From the IMG/VR virus record IMGVR_UViG_3300006925_002811: DNA of 64,000 nucleotides, one strand, 5' to 3'. The position numbers and the translations under genes were made by a program. How positions within the stretch are numbered: the stretch's first letter is position 1; each line of letters opens with the position of its first letter. This document shows, piece by piece, positions 56,501-64,000 of this stretch. Source of the DNA: an uncultured virus (IMG/VR IMGVR_UViG_3300006925_002811). Taxonomy: Duplodnaviria; Heunggongvirae; Uroviricota; Caudoviricetes. The notes beneath the pieces are model-generated. The model was not told the origin of the DNA. It was given only the letters and a program-made list of their open reading frames with translations, and ran no database searches.

Positions 56501-57255
56501 TTACTTTCCTCTCTAATTTTTGTTGCTGAAATATTCTCTATTTCTTTATCAAATTGTTCTTGTTCTATCTTATAACCGACATCTCTGCCATATGTTATAT
56601 TTACTATATTTGGAACTATACTAAACATAACTTGGCCTGCAAAACTTACTAATTGTTTGCTTAAATTTGCAATAACTTCCTGTGCTGTATAAGGATTATT
56701 TTTATCTGTAGGCATGTCTCTAACCATTATATTTACTTGCCCATGTTTTGCTAATGCTCTCTCAAACAATGCTTGATGCCCATCATGCCAAGGCTGATAT
56801 CTACCTAACATTTGTGTTGTGGGTTTTTGTACATCAAAAAATCTACTACCTATAAGCCAAGCAATATTGACAGGGTCATCGTCGTTCCAACTATCGCAGG
56901 TGTAATCAGCATATACACTTCTTTGGAATACTTTATTGGTATCTTCAAATCTACCTTCTTCTATAGTGTCCATAAAGATTTCAATATCTGCATTGAATAT
57001 CAATCGTTGATCATGAAATGGTGCAACGAAATCTGCTATTGCAATTTGACCTTCTGCTGAAGCATTGTCACTTAACTTATTCATTCTTTCGTTTTGTCGT
57101 ATTCTACCTTCTTCAGAGAAGTCCCAGTCGTCTGCTTCTTCTCTGACTTTGTCTGCATTGAACCATGCAACTTTATCTTCACCTAGTGTTTGATAAAGTT
57201 TTTTTGCTAACGTTGTTTTGCCTGAACCGGGCAGGCCATAAATTAAAACTTTCAT
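56485..57255 (-). CDS. Adenylyl-sulfate kinase-like domain fused to an HxGH nucleotidyltransferase
   Basis: GLPGSGKTTLA, DWDFSEEGR; C-terminal GRYQPWHDGH and ISATKIR. Confidence 0.82.
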   Translation of the reverse strand: MKVLIYGLPGSGKTTLAKKLYQTLGEDKVAWFNADKVREEADDWDFSEEGRIRQNERMNKLSDNASAEGQIAIADFVAPFHDQRLIFNADIEIFMDTIEEGRFEDTNKVFQRSVYADYTCDSWNDDDPVNIAWLIGSRFFDVQKPTTQMLGRYQPWHDGHQALFERALAKHGQVNIMVRDMPTDKNNPYTAQEVIANLSKQLVSFAGQVMFSIVPNIVNITYGRDVGYKIEQEQFDKEIENISATKIREESKCLKI

Positions 57256-57689
57256 ATTTGATTTGTTTGTACTCTTTTCCTCAAACTTGTGGAAGAGAAA
57301 GAGTGGTCTCTCCCATTGTAAACAATTTTCATGTCACGTTGTTTAGCAATATCCTTACCTGTGAATTCTCTGCTTTTGTATTCATCGCCAAGTATTCTAA
57401 CATTAATAGGTAACGTAAGAAGTAAGTCCTTAAGATCTTGTTCGGTGTTATAGATTACAATCTCATCTACATATTTTACAGCCGCTAATTGTATTTGTCT
57501 TTCAACAATACTTTGTATAGGTTTATTCTTTTCTGGACGATCTTCAGTAGGATCGTTTTGCAAACCTACAATTAAATAATCACAGTGATGCTTTGCTTCT
57601 TCAAGCATTGTAATATGCCCTGCATGTAACAAGTCAAACGTACTACATGTAAAACCTATTGTACCGCAATCTTTATAGCTCAGTTTCAT
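57252..57689 (-). CDS. Cytidylyltransferase (TagD-like)
   Basis: FDLLHAGH, YLIVGL, SSTSLR. Confidence 0.9.
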   Translation of the reverse strand: MKLSYKDCGTIGFTCSTFDLLHAGHITMLEEAKHHCDYLIVGLQNDPTEDRPEKNKPIQSIVERQIQLAAVKYVDEIVIYNTEQDLKDLLLTLPINVRILGDEYKSREFTGKDIAKQRDMKIVYNGRDHSFSSTSLRKRVQTNQI

Positions 57690-58270
57690 ATAAGGTTCCT
57701 TGGATTTTCTGCAAATTTAAAATTAATGATCCACGAGTCCTGATCAACAGCATTATATTCCAACACACTATTATACTGCTCTTTTGTGTTTTGGTCAACC
57801 TTTTCTACAGCAAATAATCTATTATGGGCGGTGAACGTTAAATCATTCATCTTAAAAACTCCACCAGGTGTCATTGGAACACATGCCTGCGATGTTATTC
57901 TACCCCATGGACTGTTTGCTACAATGCTTTCTTGTACTTTAACTACATCTTCTGTTTCTAGTACAAGTTTACTACCTTTATTAATTTTATACAATTCTAT
58001 ATAACTTAGGTGTGTTACAGGATAGTTGAGCATAAATGCTATGTGTATGCTAAAAGATTTTACTACATCGTCTGAGTATGGGGTCAATAGGTATAATTCG
58101 CCGTTTGGTAAACTTATACTTTCAGTTAATTTTGGTGCTGTGTCTAATAAATATTGTGTATCAGAGAGACTAAAATAGTTGTCTATGAACATACTAGGCG
58201 GATCGATGTCAACAATAGACACTATAGCATCCGTAGTAGACTGGATTTCCTTTATTCTTTCCACAAACAT
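57686..58270 (-). CDS. Hypothetical, possibly degenerate prolyl-hydroxylase fold
   Basis: FIDNYFS start and GRI strand resemble P4H layout; no HxD. Confidence 0.5.
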   Translation of the reverse strand: MFVERIKEIQSTTDAIVSIVDIDPPSMFIDNYFSLSDTQYLLDTAPKLTESISLPNGELYLLTPYSDDVVKSFSIHIAFMLNYPVTHLSYIELYKINKGSKLVLETEDVVKVQESIVANSPWGRITSQACVPMTPGGVFKMNDLTFTAHNRLFAVEKVDQNTKEQYNSVLEYNAVDQDSWIINFKFAENPRNLI

Positions 58271-58347
58271 AGATAATACACCTAAATAAATTTTTGATAG
58301 TTTTATGATAAATACTTATATCAATACAACATGTAGGAACACTATAA

Positions 58348-61300
58348 ATGGCTGATTTTAAAAATTACGGGCAAAGTGGATTAGGTAGAGATGTTCAACT
58401 TGGCAAACAGGGTCCGAGGCTTCTCGCAGACGTATCTACTGGTACATTCCAATTTAAAGACTTGGGTGGTACATTAACCACTGTGCAAGGTGCTGATGGT
58501 TCAAATGCCGCAGATTTTGTAACTAAGAGCCAATTAGATGCCGCAAGTTCAGGTACAGTAGCCACAGCATTTACATTGGGTACTCCGGCAGACGGCAAAT
58601 ACTTTATTACACCTAACATTGACGGAGCAAGTGGCTCTGCAATTAGACAAAGTGCTATTACATCTTTAGATTCCAGCACAACTGTTACTGAAGCAATTGA
58701 CAAACTTAACGAAGCAATGCTAAATGTACAAAACGACACTTTCGTACGTGACGTTTCTGTTACAGTTGATACCGCAGTAGGTGGAGCACCGTTAACAAGT
58801 ACATTAACAATCGCCACAGAAGGCTCACCTAACAGATATACAATTGACTGGGGTGATGGTAGTTCAACAACTGCTACAACAGATAGTACACCAAGTCATA
58901 CTTATACAGATAATTCAAACTCACCGTTTGATGTTGTGGTTACAGCATTCAATAATTTAGGTGCAGGAGAAGGTAGTACAGCAAGTATTACTAAAACAGA
59001 TTTTATTACATTATATACTGCTAACCCAGTTGTAGCATTTGATATGTATGCCGCTTCAAGTGGCGGCTCAGCAGTTACTTTTGTCGACGATGGTGTTGCA
59101 TTATACTTAGACAACAATACTACAAATGTAAATGGTATAGCAGATGCTAGTTACGAAATACAATGGGGTGACGGTTCAGCAAATAGTTCAGTTACAGATA
59201 ACGACTATCCAGGTGGTGCAAATGGTTCAAGACTAGCACACACTTATGCAACTGCAACTGAAACAGAGCAAACGTTTACAACTAAACTAAACATGCTTAC
59301 GCATAGTACAGCAGATCCAAGTCAAGTTCCTCAAGAAGTATCAAAAACAATCAAAGTATACGATACGCATACTCCAACAGTTGCAACAAGTAGTACAAGT
59401 GGTATTAACGAAACAGGAACAAACGGACACCCAGTAACGTTTACAAACAATACTGAAAACACAATTGGTAGTTATGCCGCATACGGAATACAATATAGAT
59501 ACACTTGGGGAGATGGAACAACTACAACTGTAAATACAGGTAGTGGTGCCGCAGGTGATACAGGTGGAACAATTGATCACACTTATCAATTAAGCAATGG
59601 ACAACAATCAAGTGGTACAGCAGTAGATTACACAGGTAACTTAAGAGTGTTATCAGAACATTCAAGTTCACCATTTATAAGTAGTGACTTCACAATCCAC
59701 GTTGAACCAGATGTTAGAGCAAGTATTACGGCATCAGCAGTAAATTCAAGTTTAAATGATGCTAGTGGTGACAACATAAGAACAGTTTACAAAGGCACAG
59801 ATTTAAGTGGTAACAATAGAGCAATAGTAACTGTAGACAATACTACACAAAACGGTGATAGTTATGTTTACACATGGGGTGACGGTGATAACTCAGGAAC
59901 AGTTAATGAGTCCGGTTCACCAGCAGGTTCTGTAGCAGGTGCTAACATTACGCATGATTACAATAGTGCAAGTGCAGGAAACTACACATTATCATTTTCA
60001 ACTAGTGGAACACCAGATATAACAGCACAAACTGATACTGATTCAGAAACAATAGTTGTTAAAGCAGTTCCAACTGCTCCACAAGGATTAAGCAGTAAGT
60101 CTCTATCATGGAATACTAACTACGATCAAGGTGGAAGATTAGCCTCAGGTGCAACAAACAATACAGGTACTACACCTCCAAGTGCAGGTGATTCATTACA
60201 GTCAAGTACATTAAGAAGATTTGAATCAGGAACAGTACAAAGTAGTACAGTAAGTAATGCTTACAGAAGTGATACAGGAACATTATCTGCGTTATTAAAT
60301 GATAGTGCCGATGGTGCAAAAACATTCAGTACATCAACAGGTGAAACAGGAACATTTGATTCATTAGTGATTTCATCAGAAGGTGATGCTAGAAGCGAAA
60401 TAGGTAGCAGTTACCCTTCAAACTTTTATCAAGTGTTTAGTGCTAGAGCAAGTAAAAGCATTACTAGTTTAGCAAAAGGTATACACAAACTTGAACTAAG
60501 TCATAGCACAACAGGTAACACTAACGAAATACAATTTGTTAAAGATAATGTTACAACTGTTCCTACATTAAACGTAGGTAGTGCTACAGTAACACAAGTT
60601 AGTGCAGGATCACTTAGACATATTTCAGGAATACCTTATTATAACACAGGTTCACCTCAAATTAGAATATCAGGATTAACAGTAGATAATTTAGTTGGAG
60701 AAGCATATTACGATGGAAGTCAAATTTTACAATTTACTTCAGGTACTAATTATGAGAGTACATCAGATAGTGCTATAAGTACAACTAACTTTAGTTATAC
60801 AGATATAGACGGTGCGAGTACAATGCTAAGTAGCGGTGTACCAATTGCACAAACAGGTGTTGCTAGTGCTTATGCATTAGGTGACATTGATATTACTTTA
60901 ACTAGTAGTGGTGCTAAATCAATAGAAACTATTAAAGGTAGAATACAAAACTTAATGGGCTACAGTAATTACGCAAGTGACTTAGGTACTAAGATACAAG
61001 TGCATACAGATGCTCCAAGTGGTTTTGTAGAAGGTGCCATTCCAGTAGCAGACAGTTTGGGTGCTACACATGACGATGATGGGTTGAGAATTACAGGCTT
61101 TAGTGGTGCAAGTGATACACCGGCTATTGCAGGGTCAACAAACTTCTATACAGCAAATGCATGGAGTGGTGCTGTTACAGTAGCAGGAACATCAGAAGCA
61201 ATAGTAAGACTAGGCACACTACAACATTATACAACAGATTTAAGTTCAGGATACTTGCCAGCAGGGCCAGACTTGAACACAGGCAGAAGTGGATCACAAT

Positions 61301-61674
61301 ACTTTACTTTTGCATTTAGAAGAACAACAATGTCTAACTTCACTGTTACATTAACTGGTACAATAAGCGGAATGTTTATTGCCGCACCAGGTACTGACAT
61401 CGACGATGCAAGTACAATTAACGGTTGGTTAGATTGTACATCGACATACGCAGGAGCAGGAACACCAGGTGCTGATACAAGTAATGGTGGTAATGGTTCA
61501 AATGGTTGTGCGTTTACGTCAGGAGACCGAATTATAGATGGAACTAGTATGAGTAGCGATAGTTTCACATTTACACTAGGTGACCAAAACGGTACTGGTG
61601 CAACAGGTAATAACATACTAGTAAGAATTAAATTGGAGTCAGGAGACTCCTTAACAGCAGTGAGTATAGCATAA
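58348..61674 (+). CDS. Large virion structural protein with PKD-like repeats
   Basis: Four WGDG motifs with HTY/HDY; N-terminus paralogous to 8473..11823; late motif 58307-58314. Confidence 0.85.
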   Translation: MADFKNYGQSGLGRDVQLGKQGPRLLADVSTGTFQFKDLGGTLTTVQGADGSNAADFVTKSQLDAASSGTVATAFTLGTPADGKYFITPNIDGASGSAIRQSAITSLDSSTTVTEAIDKLNEAMLNVQNDTFVRDVSVTVDTAVGGAPLTSTLTIATEGSPNRYTIDWGDGSSTTATTDSTPSHTYTDNSNSPFDVVVTAFNNLGAGEGSTASITKTDFITLYTANPVVAFDMYAASSGGSAVTFVDDGVALYLDNNTTNVNGIADASYEIQWGDGSANSSVTDNDYPGGANGSRLAHTYATATETEQTFTTKLNMLTHSTADPSQVPQEVSKTIKVYDTHTPTVATSSTSGINETGTNGHPVTFTNNTENTIGSYAAYGIQYRYTWGDGTTTTVNTGSGAAGDTGGTIDHTYQLSNGQQSSGTAVDYTGNLRVLSEHSSSPFISSDFTIHVEPDVRASITASAVNSSLNDASGDNIRTVYKGTDLSGNNRAIVTVDNTTQNGDSYVYTWGDGDNSGTVNESGSPAGSVAGANITHDYNSASAGNYTLSFSTSGTPDITAQTDTDSETIVVKAVPTAPQGLSSKSLSWNTNYDQGGRLASGATNNTGTTPPSAGDSLQSSTLRRFESGTVQSSTVSNAYRSDTGTLSALLNDSADGAKTFSTSTGETGTFDSLVISSEGDARSEIGSSYPSNFYQVFSARASKSITSLAKGIHKLELSHSTTGNTNEIQFVKDNVTTVPTLNVGSATVTQVSAGSLRHISGIPYYNTGSPQIRISGLTVDNLVGEAYYDGSQILQFTSGTNYESTSDSAISTTNFSYTDIDGASTMLSSGVPIAQTGVASAYALGDIDITLTSSGAKSIETIKGRIQNLMGYSNYASDLGTKIQVHTDAPSGFVEGAIPVADSLGATHDDDGLRITGFSGASDTPAIAGSTNFYTANAWSGAVTVAGTSEAIVRLGTLQHYTTDLSSGYLPAGPDLNTGRSGSQYFTFAFRRTTMSNFTVTLTGTISGMFIAAPGTDIDDASTINGWLDCTSTYAGAGTPGADTSNGGNGSNGCAFTSGDRIIDGTSMSSDSFTFTLGDQNGTGATGNNILVRIKLESGDSLTAVSIA

Positions 61675-62744
61675 TGGCAATATCAGATAGTCAAAAAGTT
61701 GACCTACTTTGGAAAAAAGTTGGTTTTGGTAAAGCCAAAACTGATACTAATGCAAATAAAAAAGCACCAAACGAAGGTACATCATCCGATTTTATTATTA
61801 AAGTTGATCAAATTTGGGCTCAGAGTGCCAGCATACCAGGAGTTATACCAACAGCGAATTCAAGCATTGTAACAGTTTACAGTGACGCACTAGGTAAGGC
61901 ACACAAACTAACAGAAGATGCTACATCCTCTGATAACAGAACATGGACAACAGGTATTACTAATTGGATTGCTCCAAGTTTTGGAGCAACATATCAAGTT
62001 AAAGTTTATGCAAGTGCGGCGGATGACACTGATCCACAAACAAGCGGAACACAGTTATTTGAAACAGGTTCTGGTAGTGACGACCAATGGTACTTCGATT
62101 ACCAATCAGGTGTACTACACTTTATAGGTAATAACTTACCAACAGCAATAGGCACAGGTACAGCAAATGTTATATACATGGCAGGTGCTAAGTATTCAGG
62201 GGCAACAGGTATTGGTGCAGATGCCTCCGGAGCAAGTGCTTCGTTTAGAAAGGCTAACATGACAGCAGTATTTGCCGATAACACAATTAACGAAGGTGAC
62301 ATTATTGAAGTTACTGATGTTGGTGATGGTGAGTATGGTGTTTACCTGGCTAAGCAAGATAATCCTACTGCTACTGGACACTTAACATTAATTAGTACTC
62401 AAGACAGTTCAGGTACTGATGCACAAACATTAAGTGCAAGTGCTACATACGATGGCGGTACACAAACATTAGGTGGTATAAGTGCTTCAACTAAACCAAT
62501 GCAAGTAATGGTTAACGTTACAACTGCATTTGATGGTACTAGTACACTAACTGTAGGTGATGATAACAATAACTCAAGGTTAATGAGTACTACATACGTT
62601 GATTTAAGTGAAACTGGTGTGTATGTTACTAACCCAAGTTATGTTTATACTAATGCTTTAGATGCCGACAATACGTTAAAAGTATATACTACGCAAGGTA
62701 CGTCCTCACAAGGTGCGGCTACTGTATACGTTAGTTACGCATAA
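61674..62744 (+). CDS. Virion structural protein
   Basis: KVDLLWKK, WYFDYQSGVLHF; C-terminal module shared with 11894..13924. Confidence 0.8.
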   Translation: MAISDSQKVDLLWKKVGFGKAKTDTNANKKAPNEGTSSDFIIKVDQIWAQSASIPGVIPTANSSIVTVYSDALGKAHKLTEDATSSDNRTWTTGITNWIAPSFGATYQVKVYASAADDTDPQTSGTQLFETGSGSDDQWYFDYQSGVLHFIGNNLPTAIGTGTANVIYMAGAKYSGATGIGADASGASASFRKANMTAVFADNTINEGDIIEVTDVGDGEYGVYLAKQDNPTATGHLTLISTQDSSGTDAQTLSASATYDGGTQTLGGISASTKPMQVMVNVTTAFDGTSTLTVGDDNNNSRLMSTTYVDLSETGVYVTNPSYVYTNALDADNTLKVYTTQGTSSQGAATVYVSYA

Positions 62745-63413
62745 TTAACTAAACAACACTTCCCAATCGTTTTCAATAATATCTGGTTCCTTCTCGAACT
62801 CTACTGGTCTATTATACTTTTGTGATTGGTCTCTATCTTCTAGCCAAATTATTTCTTTTTTATGTTCACTACGCAACCAACTATGTGGAGTATTTTTCCA
62901 AATATGTACAACCTCAACATTAGATGCATACATTTGTCGTTCACATGTACGAACTAGTTTTCTAGTCTGATCATTATCTGGAATTATTAAAGTTTCGTCC
63001 CAACTATGATGGAAATTAACATCGCCTTGCATAGTTTTATAAAAGGCAACTACAGCACTCTTAACCTGTGCTTCTAAGTCTCGTCGAAGTAAGTAGTAGC
63101 ATTCGTCAGCCTCACTCATTAAGTCCTGCAAAAATGTCTCTTTGCGCCAAGGTGATAATTGCTCTCTTAACATCAACGGAAATACTTTAACACAATTAGA
63201 CTGTGTAGGATCGTTCCAGGCCCTCATTACTTGTTTGAATTGTGCTTTTCTTTGTGCATCTGTCTTTGGAAATGGTTCATACCCGTGCCCAAGAGTTCTA
63301 AGATCCTCTCCCCAGTTGTGCATACCAGGATTAGCAGTTGCTATATTGTGTAAGAATGTTGTGCTACCGCATCTCGGTGATGTAATAAGTATTGCATTTT
63401 TTGACATAATCAA
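62745..63413 (-). CDS. Stf0-like sulfotransferase
   Basis: SPRCGST P-loop-like motif and LLRRDLEAQVKS. Confidence 0.65.
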   Translation of the reverse strand: MIMSKNAILITSPRCGSTTFLHNIATANPGMHNWGEDLRTLGHGYEPFPKTDAQRKAQFKQVMRAWNDPTQSNCVKVFPLMLREQLSPWRKETFLQDLMSEADECYYLLRRDLEAQVKSAVVAFYKTMQGDVNFHHSWDETLIIPDNDQTRKLVRTCERQMYASNVEVVHIWKNTPHSWLRSEHKKEIIWLEDRDQSQKYNRPVEFEKEPDIIENDWEVLFS

Positions 63414-63459
63414 CGCCTTTTTTTACTCTTAAAAGTTATTTATCTAGTAAATATAGCAT

Positions 63460-63924
63460 ATGAACGGTTTCAAGGTACAGTTTGAAGAGATAAGAGCAGT
63501 TTGGGAAACCAAACTTTGGCCTCATCGCGAAAGTGCAATAGAGCCAATGAGTGTAATGACTTGGCCTTTTGAAGGCGACCCTGATGAATATGATATGAGT
63601 ATATTAGACAAGTATACCCCTACATTCTTTGGAGTAGCAAAAGACCGTAAACTAATAGGTGTGAACTCAGGACACAGAACATCAGATATGCATTATCGCA
63701 GTAGAGGTATTTGGGTTGATCCTAAGTATAGAAAATCTGGTGTTGCACAATATCTATTTAATGTAACTGAGTTACAAGCAAAAAAAGAGAACTGTGAAAT
63801 GATTTGGAGTTTACCAAGAGAAACCGCCTTAAGTGCTTATACCAAATTTGGCTTTGAAACTGTCGGCGGCTTTATTAAAACTGAGACTTCAGAGTCTAAT
63901 ATTTATGTTAGGAAGATTCTGTAG
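63460..63924 (+). CDS. GNAT acetyltransferase
   Basis: VDPKYRKSGVA acetyl-CoA motif, YTKFGF. Confidence 0.85.
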   Translation: MNGFKVQFEEIRAVWETKLWPHRESAIEPMSVMTWPFEGDPDEYDMSILDKYTPTFFGVAKDRKLIGVNSGHRTSDMHYRSRGIWVDPKYRKSGVAQYLFNVTELQAKKENCEMIWSLPRETALSAYTKFGFETVGGFIKTETSESNIYVRKIL

Positions 63925-64000
63925 ATTCCTGTGCTTTGGCTCTTGCTTCTCTAACATCTGATAAGTATTGTACCATAGTATCAGCATCACTAACTTGGAA

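Noticed and set aside
1..64000. Stop-codon reassignment, introns or inteins
   Set aside because: Known genes are full length in the standard code and all three stops are used; no splice or intein motifs seen
1..64000. Bacterial chromosome origin, given clpAP, nadE, guaC, fabF and nfuA
   Set aside because: Host-like genes are out of operon context, mixed with fibres, spanins, a gp44-like clamp loader and TAAATA late promoters

Overview
AT-rich, densely coding, mostly minus-strand 64 kb segment of a large (probably jumbo) dsDNA tailed phage, most likely aquatic/marine. Core-like genes (clamp loader, stand-alone DnaE fragment, GroES, PhoH, ClpA/ClpP, DnaJ, spanin pair, T4-like TAAATA late promoters) resemble Rak2/GAP32-like jumbo phages (inference); NfuA, FdxA and Fpr are proteobacterial types, suggesting a gammaproteobacterial host. 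The window holds three tRNAs (Leu-UAA, Ile2/Met-CAU, Arg-UCU), five long Gly/Thr/Ser-rich virion fibre-like proteins sharing terminal modules (one with collagen repeats), and many auxiliary genes: Fe-S carriers (IscA-like, SufE, NfuA), ferredoxin and its reductase, two B12-type radical SAM enzymes, 2OG-Fe(II) oxygenases, sulfotransferases, an APS-kinase/nucleotidyltransferase fusion, ACP and FabF, SDRs, NadE, GuaC, a porin and a DUF6580-like transporter. Reading outside the ORF track shows a 16-aa, 8-Cys micropeptide under a late promoter, a 43-aa ORF behind four 11-bp-phased Pho-box-like repeats, structured leaders, several apparently leaderless genes, and enzyme folds that have lost their catalytic ligands. 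All family calls are from motif recognition, not database searches.
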